A DNA stretch of 64,000 bases, taken from the NCBI GenBank assembly GCA_965204725.1, contig OZ242005.1, forward strand, positions 1,152,001 through 1,216,000, read 5' to 3'. The position numbers were made by a program, and so were the translations under genes. Under the pieces are notes generated by a model. The model was not told the origin of the DNA. It saw only the letters and a list, made by a program, of their open reading frames with translations, and searched no databases. The stretch's first letter is position 1; the number at the start of each line of letters is the position of its first letter. Below, in pieces: positions 1 through 10,000 of this stretch. This DNA comes from Candidatus Latescibacterota bacterium (GTDB lineage Bacteria > Latescibacterota > UBA2968 > UBA8231).

Positions 1-2
1 AA

Positions 3-1424
3 GCCGGCATCGAAGGCGGTCACGCCTGGGTGCAAGACCCGCCGGTCGGCGTGCGCTTGGCCGTGCAAGAGGCGCGTAAATCGCCGGTCTTTATCGAGCC
101 GGAGCACCCGTGGGAAGCCGGTGGCCTGACGCCGCAAGTTGTGCTCTGCGATGGCGGTGTACTCAAGATGTGGTACATCGCGCGCGGCGCAGGCGATTCC
201 CCCTTTATTGCGTACGCCGAGAGCGCGGACGGCTTTTGTTGGCAACGCCCGGCCCTGCATTTGCAAGAGTATGGCGGCAGCACGACCAACAACCTGCTCT
301 TTCCCTTCGGCGACTTTGGGCTGCAATCCGCGTTTGTGGATCCAACAGCCCCGCCAGAGGCTCGGTACAAAGCCATGGCGCGCGATGCTATTGCCTATCA
401 CGAGGGTGTGCCGGTGCCCGGGATGACGCGGGAGCGCAAGTGGGCCATTCGCCGCGCCATGACAGAAGCGGGCTACACGCCCGAGCAGCGGGCCGAGGCC
501 CTGTATTTCGTCGGCTTGCTCAAAGGCGCGGTGTCGCCCGACGGCAAGCAGTGGACCTTCTTGGAGGAGCCGCTTTTGAACGTGGGCCGCACCGGACTCG
601 ACAGCCACAACATCGCCGCGTACGACGCGGAAGCCGGTCGGTATGTCGCCTATTTGCGCGGCCATCAGCAGCGCCGCCGCATCGTGCGCCGCACCGAGGG
701 GATGGCGTTTGGCCAATGGTCGCAGCCGCGCCCGGTATTCGGCGCGGACCCGCAAGACCCCATCGACGACGATGTGTACGCATCGGGCTATTGCCGCTAT
801 CCCCACGGCGGCTTCCACCTGATGTTCCCCGCCATGTACCATCGCTGGACGGCCACGGTGGATGTGCAGTTGGCGACTAGCCGCGATGGCTTGCTGTGGA
901 GCCGCCCCGAGCGCAAGCCCATCATCTCCTCCGAGCCTGAAGGGTACGGCATGATGTTTGCCTTCCCGGAATTGGTCCCGCTCGACCCGGATACGTGGGG
1001 CGTGATGTTCGTCGGCCAGTACGACTTGCACGACTGGGGCGAGCGGCACGACCCGGGCCGCCCGGCCGAATGGCGTTGGGCCACTTGGCAGCGCGACCGG
1101 CTGGTCGCGCTCGAAGTGCCGGTGGAGGGCCGCGTCACGCTGGTTGAACGCGAGTGCGAGGGCCGCGCACTGACGCTCAATTTCCAGACGCAAAAGGAAG
1201 GCGGCTGGATCAAGGCCGAGCTGGTCGAGCCGCCCGCTTCGCCGGCCGCGCCAGTGCAGGCCATAGCGGGCTTTGGGCTCGCGGAGGCAGACGCGCTGGC
1301 AGGCGACGAGTTGGCTGGAGTGGCGACGTGGCGGGGCCGCAGCGATTTGTCGGCCTTGCGCGGCCGACAGGTGGCCGTGTGCCTGCATCTAGCGCGGGCG
1401 AAGGTGTTTGCGGTGGAGATGTAG
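3..1424 (+). CDS. Glycoside-hydrolase-like five-bladed beta-propeller protein (GH32/43/130-like), 5'-truncated by the window edge
   Basis: Frame is open to the window start. Propeller-type repeats YAESADGFCW, AVSPDGKQW, LATSRDGLLW; EPEHPWE motif; C-terminal LTLN...GWIKAEL...LRGRQV domain. Related to 33491..34954. Confidence 0.65.
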   Translation, partial: AGIEGGHAWVQDPPVGVRLAVQEARKSPVFIEPEHPWEAGGLTPQVVLCDGGVLKMWYIARGAGDSPFIAYAESADGFCWQRPALHLQEYGGSTTNNLLFPFGDFGLQSAFVDPTAPPEARYKAMARDAIAYHEGVPVPGMTRERKWAIRRAMTEAGYTPEQRAEALYFVGLLKGAVSPDGKQWTFLEEPLLNVGRTGLDSHNIAAYDAEAGRYVAYLRGHQQRRRIVRRTEGMAFGQWSQPRPVFGADPQDPIDDDVYASGYCRYPHGGFHLMFPAMYHRWTATVDVQLATSRDGLLWSRPERKPIISSEPEGYGMMFAFPELVPLDPDTWGVMFVGQYDLHDWGERHDPGRPAEWRWATWQRDRLVALEVPVEGRVTLVERECEGRALTLNFQTQKEGGWIKAELVEPPASPAAPVQAIAGFGLAEADALAGDELAGVATWRGRSDLSALRGRQVAVCLHLARAKVFAVEM

Positions 1425-1504
1425 GGGGATTCGCTTGAAGTGATGCCGCCAAGGGCGTTTTTTATTGCTTGGAGCATGTAAGTCTCTTTTACTGCGGGAT
1501 GGGT

Positions 1505-3586
1505 ATGTCGCAACTCGAACACATTGAAGCTATTGAAAGACGCCTCTGGAGCGCGGCAGATACGCTCCGTGCCAACACCAGTCACGCCAGCAACGAGTAC
1601 TTTTTGCCGGTGATGGGACTGGTCTTTCTACGCCATGCCTACAGTCGCTATCTGGCCGTCAAGCCCGGCATTGAGGATGGTCTGCCCGATCGCGACGGCA
1701 TAAGGCGGGAACTTACCAAAGGAGATTTCTCGCAAAAGAGTGCTATTTTTCTCCGGCCCGAGGCGCAGTTCGACTACCTCGTCGCCTTGCCTGATGGAGC
1801 GGATCGGGCCGGGGCTATCATCGCGGCCATGGAGTCCATTGAGGAGGATTACGATAACCTGCGCGGCGTTCTACCCAAGAGCGAATACCGGGAATTGGAC
1901 AGTGCCGTCCTCGGCCAACTCCTGCGTACGCTCAACCCGGACGAGTTGAAGCAGGTCTCCGGCGATGTCTTCGGCCGCATCTACGAGTACTTCCTGACGC
2001 AGTTCGCCGATCAGAAGGCCCACGACGGCGGGGAGTTTTTCACGCCCGTGTCGCTGGTGTCGCTGATCGCCCATGTGCTCGATCCGCAGCGCGGCACTGT
2101 GCTGGACCCGGCGTGTGGTTCCGGTGGCATGTTCGTGCAGAGTGCCTGCACCATAGAGGAGCACGGCCAAAGTCCCACCGAGCGGCTCACGTTCCGCGGC
2201 TTGGAGAAAAACGCCACCACCATCCACCTCGCCAAGATGAATCTCGCTGTCCACGGACTCGAAGGCGACATCCAGCAGGCCATCACCTACTATGAGGATC
2301 CGCACGAACTGGTGGGACGGGCCGACTACGTCATGGCCAATCCGCCCTTTAATGTGGACGAGATTGACGCCGACAAGGTGAAGGTTGATCCGCGCTTGCC
2401 GTTTGGCCTGCCTAGTGTCAACAGGCAGGGCAAAGTCAGCAACGGCAACTACGTCTGGATCAGCTACTTCTATAGCTATCTGAATGAGCGAGGACGGGCG
2501 GGCTTTGTGATGTCATCACAGGCGTCTAGTGCTGGTAGTGGCGAGGCGCAGGTGCGGCGGAAGCTGGTGGAGAGCGGCGATGTGGACGCGATGATCGCCA
2601 TCCGTAGCAACTTCTTTTACACCCGCACCGTGCCGTGCGAGCTATGGTTTTTCAACCGCGACAAGCCCGAGGCACACCGCGACAAGGTGCTGATGATCGA
2701 CGCACGCACTGTGTACCGCCAAGTGACGCGCAAAATCTGCGACTTCAGCCCCGAACAGCAGCAGAACTTGCTGGCTATCGTCTGGCTCTACCGGGGCGAG
2801 AGTGAGCGTTTTGTCGAGTTGGTGTCGCGCTATTGCGTTCGCGCTCTCGACGAGGGGAAGCAGTGCTTCAGCGTCGAGGATGGACAAAGCCTGCCGAACT
2901 TTCTAACCTCGATCAACAGCCTACGGGACGTGCTGGTTCCTTTTCTCAATACGCTGGGTGCAGAAGATGCCCATGCCGAGGCGTCCGAGAAATTGGCGAA
3001 AGCCCTGCGTGAGTTTGAGGCTGATGGGGACGCTTTCCAAAAGTCCGTCGCCGCGCAGAGGGAGGCTTGGGCCGGACAGGGCATTGACTGTGGCACGATG
3101 CAAACAAGGGTTGACGGCCTCTCCCCGCTGGCTGAGAGCAGCCGCGATCTTGCCAAGCAGGCTGACCACCTGTACAAGCTGGCTACCCACCTCATTGAGA
3201 TTTGCGAGGAGGAGTGCGACGCCAAGTCCAGTGCCGTCACCCGCGCTCATAAGGCCGCCGACGAGGCCCGCCAGCAATCCGTTGAGCAACTCAAGCAGGT
3301 GCGCTACTTCTATCAGCAAGCCCACTGGCTCTCCGAGCGCTTTCCAGACGCTGAACTGCGCGATGTGGAAGGGCTGGTTAAGCTGGTGGATCGCGCCGAG
3401 ATTAAAGCCAACGACTGGAGCCTGACTCCGGGCCGCTACGTGGGGATCGCGCCCGAAGAAGAGGACGAGGACTTCGACTTTAGGGAGGCTCTGCGAGAGA
3501 TTCACGAGGAATTGGAAGGGCTTAACGCAGAGGCGGCGACGCTGGCAGTGACCATCAAGCATAACTTCAAGGCGTTGGGGATATGA
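1505..3586 (+). CDS. hsdM: Type I restriction-modification methyltransferase subunit M
   Basis: LWSAADTLR N-terminus, GEFFTP, motif I DPACGSGGM, motif IV NPPF, C-terminal WSLTPGRYVG. Start moved to ATG 1505 (1499 also possible). Confidence 0.95.
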   Translation: MSQLEHIEAIERRLWSAADTLRANTSHASNEYFLPVMGLVFLRHAYSRYLAVKPGIEDGLPDRDGIRRELTKGDFSQKSAIFLRPEAQFDYLVALPDGADRAGAIIAAMESIEEDYDNLRGVLPKSEYRELDSAVLGQLLRTLNPDELKQVSGDVFGRIYEYFLTQFADQKAHDGGEFFTPVSLVSLIAHVLDPQRGTVLDPACGSGGMFVQSACTIEEHGQSPTERLTFRGLEKNATTIHLAKMNLAVHGLEGDIQQAITYYEDPHELVGRADYVMANPPFNVDEIDADKVKVDPRLPFGLPSVNRQGKVSNGNYVWISYFYSYLNERGRAGFVMSSQASSAGSGEAQVRRKLVESGDVDAMIAIRSNFFYTRTVPCELWFFNRDKPEAHRDKVLMIDARTVYRQVTRKICDFSPEQQQNLLAIVWLYRGESERFVELVSRYCVRALDEGKQCFSVEDGQSLPNFLTSINSLRDVLVPFLNTLGAEDAHAEASEKLAKALREFEADGDAFQKSVAAQREAWAGQGIDCGTMQTRVDGLSPLAESSRDLAKQADHLYKLATHLIEICEEECDAKSSAVTRAHKAADEARQQSVEQLKQVRYFYQQAHWLSERFPDAELRDVEGLVKLVDRAEIKANDWSLTPGRYVGIAPEEEDEDFDFREALREIHEELEGLNAEAATLAVTIKHNFKALGI

Positions 3587-3590
3587 GGCG

Positions 3591-4115
3591 ATGGACGCCG
3601 ACCGGAAAATTATTATCATCGCCGGACCCAATGGCGCGGGAAAAACAACCTTTGCACTGGAGCATTTGCCGCACGAGGCTCAATGTCCATCCTTTGTCAA
3701 CGCCGACTTGATCGCAGCGGGTCTGTCCCCCTTTCAGCCGGACGCCGCTCTTTTTCGCGCCGGTCGGCTGATGTTGGAGGAAATCAAAAATCACGTGCAG
3801 CAGCGAAGAAGTTTTGCCTTTGAAACTACTTTGTCCGGTCGCGGCTATGCTAGGATGATCCCGCGCTGGCGTAGCGACGGTTATACGGTCAAGCTGATAT
3901 TTCTGTCGCTGGCAACGCCGGAAGAAGCGATTAAGCGGGTTGAATTGCGCGTAAGGCAAGGCGGCCACTATGTTCCACCGAATGTCATTCGACGCCGCTT
4001 TGCGGGTGGGTTGCAGAATTTTCAGAGTATATATCGCCGCATCGTCGATTATTGGCAGCGGTTTGATAATAGCGGTCGTATTCCTACATTGATTGATAAG
4101 GGAGAAAACCCGTGA
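3591..4115 (+). CDS. Zeta-toxin-like / AAA_33 P-loop kinase (COG4185-like)
   Basis: IIAGPNGAGKTT Walker A, FVNADLIA, FAFETTLSG, RVRQGGH, FDNSG. Confidence 0.85.
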   Translation: MDADRKIIIIAGPNGAGKTTFALEHLPHEAQCPSFVNADLIAAGLSPFQPDAALFRAGRLMLEEIKNHVQQRRSFAFETTLSGRGYARMIPRWRSDGYTVKLIFLSLATPEEAIKRVELRVRQGGHYVPPNVIRRRFAGGLQNFQSIYRRIVDYWQRFDNSGRIPTLIDKGENP

Positions 4116-4306
4116 CTGAGAAAAACCGAGATACCCCTGCCTCGAAACATGGCGACAAGGGAACGCAGGATGTCCTTAACGCGCTACACCGGGCCGCTAG
4201 ACGCGCACATAAGGTTGCCCATCAGCACAAGACCGGGGTAGTGGTTATGGAAAAAGGCGAGGTCATTGAGATTGAACCGGATCCCGAGATGTACGAGGAA
4301 GTGTAA
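4112..4306 (+). CDS. Small partner protein of the zeta-like ATPase (putative antitoxin)
   Basis: GTGA overlap with the upstream stop; 64 aa with ALHRAARRAH...VVVMEKGEVIEI, a pattern typical of these partners. Confidence 0.6.
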   Translation: MTEKNRDTPASKHGDKGTQDVLNALHRAARRAHKVAHQHKTGVVVMEKGEVIEIEPDPEMYEEV

Positions 4307-4468
4307 AAAAAATAGTGCAGCAGGTCTGCCACGCAAATTGTGCAAGAGGGGTTTATACAAATTAGGGAATGAACGGCATTTGTTCGCGGACAGGTAGTAC
4401 GGCGAATGAAATACCCGGGCGACTCCCTCGATGGCTGCCACCAACAATAAATTCAAAAAGTTGAGGAG

Positions 4469-5695
4469 ATGAAGACAATATCTCTAGCTGTATCAGAGTT
4501 CGCGGATGTGTATTCGGGTGGTACACCTTCGACCTCGAATCCCAACTGTTGGGATGGTGCAGTAGCATGGATTACACCCAAAGATATGTCTAGCCACTCA
4601 GGTATTTATATCGAGCACGGTGAACGGTCCCTAACTGAACAAGGATTGCGCGAGTCGTCAGCCTGCTTACTTCCGGTCAATACGGTCATTCTATCATCAA
4701 GAGCACCTGTGGGATATGTGGCTGTCTCCGGGGCTCCTCTTGCCACGAATCAAGGTTGCAAGAACCTGATATGTAAAAAAGAAGTGGCTCATCCCGTATT
4801 TATCTATTATCTGCTCAAACTCAACACAACTAAGCTCGAAGCACATGCTACCGGATCCACCTATAAAGAACTCTCGATATCAAGATTAAAGAACATTCCT
4901 TTCGACTTGCCGGAGAATGTGGGTACCCAAAAAAGAATCGCCTCCATCCTCTCCGCCTACGACGACCTGATAGGAAACAATCGGCGGCGAATCCGGTTGC
5001 TGGATCAGGCGGTGCGGCTGCTCTATAAGGAATGGTTTGTTCACCTTCGCTTCCCCGGCCATGAGCACATCAAGATCAAGGACGGTGTGCCGGAGGGGTG
5101 GGTACAGAAAAAAATAGCTGACGTATGTGATACTGTCGGAGGTGGCACTCCATCCACCAAAGTGGCAGAGTATTGGGAAGGCGACATCACTTGGGTCGTT
5201 CCAACAGACGTTACTAGAAACGACTGCTTGGTCTTACTTGAATCGGAACGCAAGATTACCGAGAAAGGACTTCGTGAATCGTCTGCACAACTGGTTCCAG
5301 CTAACACTATCCTGATGACAAGCCGGGCATCCGTGGGGTTTTTCGCGCTTATGGATGTTGAAGCCTGTACTAATCAGGGATTTATCAATATCATTCCTCA
5401 CGATGAGGCGATGAGGATGTTTCTGCTTTTTAACCTGATGAGTCGAGTCTCCGAGATCCGAAGCAACGCGAAGGGTACGACGTATCCCGAAATAAGCAAG
5501 GGAAGATTTCGTCAGATGGATATTATCATCCCATCTGAGTCCTTGGTTTCCGAATTTCGGAGATTAGCCGATGATATTATTCGGCAAGTGCGTTGTTTGA
5601 AGCAGGGAATATTACAACTCACCCAAGCCCGAGATATGCTTCTACCTCGATTGGTAGATGGAAAGATTAGATTATGTGACTTTTCAGGATTTTGA
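4469..5695 (+). CDS. hsdS: Type I R-M specificity subunit S
   Basis: Two TRDs (GGTPST...TNQG), central conserved QKRIASILSAYDDLI...LYKEWFV...VPEGW, terminal RDMLLPRLVDG; GAGGAG RBS. Confidence 0.95.
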   Translation: MKTISLAVSEFADVYSGGTPSTSNPNCWDGAVAWITPKDMSSHSGIYIEHGERSLTEQGLRESSACLLPVNTVILSSRAPVGYVAVSGAPLATNQGCKNLICKKEVAHPVFIYYLLKLNTTKLEAHATGSTYKELSISRLKNIPFDLPENVGTQKRIASILSAYDDLIGNNRRRIRLLDQAVRLLYKEWFVHLRFPGHEHIKIKDGVPEGWVQKKIADVCDTVGGGTPSTKVAEYWEGDITWVVPTDVTRNDCLVLLESERKITEKGLRESSAQLVPANTILMTSRASVGFFALMDVEACTNQGFINIIPHDEAMRMFLLFNLMSRVSEIRSNAKGTTYPEISKGRFRQMDIIIPSESLVSEFRRLADDIIRQVRCLKQGILQLTQARDMLLPRLVDGKIRLCDFSGF

Positions 5696-5698
5696 ATA

Positions 5699-6757
5699 AT
5701 GGCACACGATCCGATTACTCCAATAATTGCTTGTTCCGCCTGCTTTGCTGATCATGGTCTGCGCTTGGATGCCGAGCGACTTGGACTAGAAGAAACGGGT
5801 GCTTGCCCAAATTGTAATACAATAGACGGTAAGAAACTCACAAAAATAATCCTCCTCCAACTAGCACATCGTTTCTTTGTGTGGGGTTCACTGCATCGTT
5901 GTGAGTATGGAGCTGCGCCACAAATCCAATTCAACGAAAGTCAGAAAACATCTATCGACTTATCACCGTGGCTTGTACCTGATGTTGAATTGTTTGAATG
6001 TCTTCTCGGGATAGGTTTTTTCCACTATGGGCCGAGATTCTGGATGATTGGCGAAGTTGAGCCATTGAAGGCACTTCAGAATCGATTCACCCGAAAGGAT
6101 ATTGTCAACCGAGTTTTGCGCGATTACCCAATAAGGAATGTTGGACCAGAGCATCATTTCTATCGGGTTCGCAAAAAACCAAGTAATCCTGCCAAACCTT
6201 CGCAGTACGATAGTCCACCCAACTCTGCTATCGGTAAAGGACGCTTCGATTCGATAGATTTCCCTGTATTATACGCTTCACCGGACTTACAAGTATGTAT
6301 GCATGAATGTCGAGTAACAGCAGAAGATGATCTCTATGTGGCCACCCTGACTCCGAGCACCTCACTGCGCCTTCTTGATCTATCCGCCCTGTTAAGGGAC
6401 GAACATGTGACAGAATTTGAGAGTCTCGATATGGCAGTTCACATGCTTTTCTTGGCAGGAGAACATTCATATGAAATTACCCGCGAGATTGCCATTGCCG
6501 CATGTACTTCGGGATTCGATGGAATTATCTATCCTTCGTACTTTAGCCTTCTTCGGCTTGGTGTTATGCCTTTCGAGACTACGTATGGCATCTCGCATCG
6601 ACTTATCCCTCAGTATCAGGCGTACGAACAGAAAAAAAGTATCCCTAACTTGGCTATTTTCGGGTGGCCAATTAAGCAAGGCAGACTCTCCTTACAATGC
6701 GTCAATAGACTGATCGTGAGTCGAGTAGATTATGATTTTCACTTCGGCCCTGTCTAA
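5699..6757 (+). CDS. RES-domain protein (NAD+ phosphorylase family) with Cys-rich N-terminal domain
   Basis: FYRVR...YDSPP...GRFDS..FPVLYAS...HECR...LLDLS...GFDGIIYPS...NLAIF; N-terminal CSAC/CPNC; low GC. Confidence 0.85.
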   Translation: MAHDPITPIIACSACFADHGLRLDAERLGLEETGACPNCNTIDGKKLTKIILLQLAHRFFVWGSLHRCEYGAAPQIQFNESQKTSIDLSPWLVPDVELFECLLGIGFFHYGPRFWMIGEVEPLKALQNRFTRKDIVNRVLRDYPIRNVGPEHHFYRVRKKPSNPAKPSQYDSPPNSAIGKGRFDSIDFPVLYASPDLQVCMHECRVTAEDDLYVATLTPSTSLRLLDLSALLRDEHVTEFESLDMAVHMLFLAGEHSYEITREIAIAACTSGFDGIIYPSYFSLLRLGVMPFETTYGISHRLIPQYQAYEQKKSIPNLAIFGWPIKQGRLSLQCVNRLIVSRVDYDFHFGPV

Positions 6758-6890
6758 GGAACAGCTCCATAACCTTATCGCCCTCTGCGAAGGTTCCACC
6801 CCCGAGTTCAAACGGGCTATGCCCTCCGATCTCGGGCGAAAGATTTGCGCCTTCGTCCCTTTCTATATGCTTATCGTATATCTAAATTAA
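6750..6890 (+). pseudogene. Remnant 5' end of a Schlafen/AlbA_2-domain gene
   Basis: Manual translation (L)SKEQLHNLIALCEGSTPEFKRAMPSDLGRKICAFV... matches the AlbA_2 start LIxxGExxxxEFK...LxxxICAFAN; similarity then stops; CTG in place of ATG. Confidence 0.7.
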
Positions 6891-6909
6891 ATCGAAGCGA
6901 GGTTATAGC

Positions 6910-7011
6910 ATGGCAACAGCACACACGAAATTTTTTATGATCAACAAGAGCCAAGGGGTGCGGCTGCCCAAGGTCGTTGAACTGCCAGAGTCAGTGCGAG
7001 AGGTCGATTGA
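6910..7011 (+). pseudogene. vapB: Truncated VapB/VagC (AbrB-type) antitoxin
   Basis: MATAHTKFFMINKSQGVRLPKVVELPESVREVD* matches the VapB N-terminus FxxNxSQAVRLPK...PxxVxxV; GAGG upstream; only 33 aa, no vapC. Confidence 0.75.
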
Positions 7012-7021
7012 AACCCACCCA

Positions 7022-10000
7022 ATGACCCCCGCGCCCTACACTGAAGACATCCTCGTCCAGCGAACCACTGCTGATTACTTGGAGCACCAACTCGGCTGGG
7101 AATCCATCTCTGCCTATAACGTTGAGGACTTCGGCCCAAACAGCCTGCTGGGCCGCACTTCCGACCGCGAGGTAGTGCTGACGCGCCATCTATACGCTGC
7201 GCTACGCTCGCTAAATCCGGGCCTGCCGGACGCTGCTTATGACGACGCCGTGCAGCAGATTACCGCCACCGCCGCTTCGCAGACCCTCGTCGCCGCCAAC
7301 CGCAAGCAATATGACCTGATGCGCGACGGCGTCCCGGTTACCTTCCACGACGACAAGGGCGAGCGGATGCGGCAGCGGCTAAAGGTCTTCGACTTCGAGA
7401 CACCGGAGAACAACCACTTCCTCTGCGTACGCGAGTTGTGGGTGCGCGGCGACCTCTACCGCCGGCGAGCCGACATCGTGGGCTTCGTCAACGGCCTGCC
7501 CTTGCTGTTTATCGAGTGCAAGAACATCTACCGCAATCTCAAGGCCGCTTTTAAGCAAAACTTCTCGGATTACAAGACCACCATCCCCCATCTCTTTCAG
7601 CACAACGCAGTAGTGATGTTCGGCAACGGCGAGCAGGCGAAGATCGGCTCTATCACCAGCCAGTGGGAGCATTTCCACGAGTGGAAGCGGCTGGCCGAAG
7701 ATGAACCGGGCGTCGTGGATATGGAGACGCTGCTCAAGGGCGTCTGCAACAAGCGCAATTTCATGGATATCGTGGAGAACTTCATTCTCTTCGACGAGTC
7801 GTCCGGTGCGACGAGGAAAATCCTCGCCCGCAACCACCAGTTTTTGGGTGTGAACCGCGCCGTTGAAGCCGTATGCGAGCGCGAAAAGCGGGGGGGCAAA
7901 CTCGGCGTTTTCTGGCACACGCAGGGCGCGGGCAAGAGCTACTCCATGGTGATGTTCGCCCGCAAGGTGCATCGCAAGCTAGGCGGCAGTTTTACCTTTC
8001 TAGTGCTAACCGACCGCGACGACCTCGATAGGCAGATATATAAGACCTTCGCCGGTTGCGGCGTGGTGAATCACGACCGCGATCCTTGCCGAGCGTCCGA
8101 CGGACGACACCTGAGCCAGCTTTTGACCGAGCACAAGGCATACGTCTTTTCGCTGATTCAGAAGTTCAACGTGAACCCCAACACGGCGTACACCGACCGC
8201 GACGACATCATCGTCATCTCCGACGAAGCGCACCGTACTCAGTACGGTACGCTAGCGAGTAACATGCGCAACGCCCTGCCCAACGCCAGCTATATCGGCT
8301 TCACAGGTACGCCGCTGTTCAAGGACGATGAACTCACGCGGCGGGTTTTTGGCGAGTACGTCTCCACCTACGACTTCCAACGCGCAGTAGAAGACGAGGC
8401 CACTGTGCCGCTCTACTACGACGCCCGAGGCGACAAACTGAAGGTGACCATCGGAGACCTGAACGAGCGCATTGCCGCGAAATTAGAGGAGCTTGAAATC
8501 GACGATATTGACGTGCAGCAGCGCTTGGAGCAGGCACTTGCACAAGACTACCATGTCATCACCGCTAAACAGCGGCTCGATCAGATTGCGCGGGATTTTG
8601 TGCGGCATTATTCGACCGCTTGGGAGACCGGCAAGGCCATGCTGGTCTGCATCGACAAGATCACCTGTGTGCGGATGCACCGGCTAATTGAGTTCTATTG
8701 GGACGAGTACGCCAATGAACTGGAAGCCGAGCTTGAGCGGACACAGGACGAACAGACCGAAAAGCAGGTCGCATGGATGCGCGAGACGCGCATGGCCGTT
8801 GTGGTGAGCGAGGAACAGGGCGAAGTGGAGAAGTTCAGTAAGTGGGACTTAGACATTATACCGCATCGTCGGCTCATCAAGGAGGGCATGGAACTGCCCG
8901 CGTCCATGCGCGACAAGCCATCGTTCCGCAACAAGCAGCGCATGGACCTAGACGATGCCTTCAAGGAGTCAGAGCACCCGTTCCGCATCGCCATTGTCTG
9001 CGCCATGTGGCTGACCGGCTTTGACGTGCCCAGTCTCTCCACGCTCTACCTCGACAAGCCGCTCAAGGCACATACGCTGATGCAGGCCATTGCCCGCGCC
9101 AATCGAGTGAACGAGGGCAAAAACAACGGGCTGATCGTGGATTACTGCGGCATTCTCAAGCATCTGCGTCATGCACTGGCGACCTTTGCCGGCGCGGAAC
9201 CGGGCGGTGAAGGCCACGCAATTGACCCCACCAAACCGGAAGAGGACCTGCTTGCCGACTTGGCCGAGGCGATTGCGCTGGTGCGCGATTTTCTCGCCAA
9301 GGGCGGTGCGCCGTTCGACGACGTCATCGGGCGAACCGGCTTTGGGCGCACCGCCGCCATCGTCTCATGCAAGGAGATCGTCAACGAGAACGACGAGACC
9401 CGCCAGCGCTTTGAGGTGATGTGCCACGAGGTGTTCAGGAAGTTCAAGGCGTGCATCAACGCCCCCGCTGTCAACGACCACCGCACAGACCGCGACGCTA
9501 TTGACATCATTTATAAGAGTCTGCAACGGGACCGGGAGCAGGCCGACATCAGCGACATCCTCCGCACGTTAAGCGAGGTAGCCAGTGAAGCGGTCACGGT
9601 GCAGCCGGACACGGCGGTTGATCGGCCCCTCTACGACATCAGCCGCATTGATTTCGAGCGGCTCAAGCAGGAGTTCAAGCGCAGTGCCCGCCAGCGGACC
9701 AGTGTGCAGCGGCTTAAGGAGACTGTGGAGAAGAAGCTCCGGCGCATGTTGGCGAGGAACCCACTGCGTACGAATTTTCAGCGACGCTACGAGGAGATTG
9801 TCGTGGCCTACAACCGCGAGAAAGATCGCCCGACCATTGAACAGACCTTTGAGGAGTTGCTCGATCTGGTTCAGGAGTTGGACCAGGAGGAGAGGCGGGC
9901 GGCTCGCGAGGGCTTGGACGAGGAGTCGCTGGCGATCTTCGACCTGTTGCAGAAATCTAATCTGAGCGCACCTAAGCGCGAGCAGATCAAGCAAGTCGCC

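Noticed and set aside
1523-1530. ATTGAAGC, the same octamer that ends I-G repeats
   Set aside because: Lies inside hsdM codons (IEA) with no hairpin and no 5' ATTTC; coincidental.
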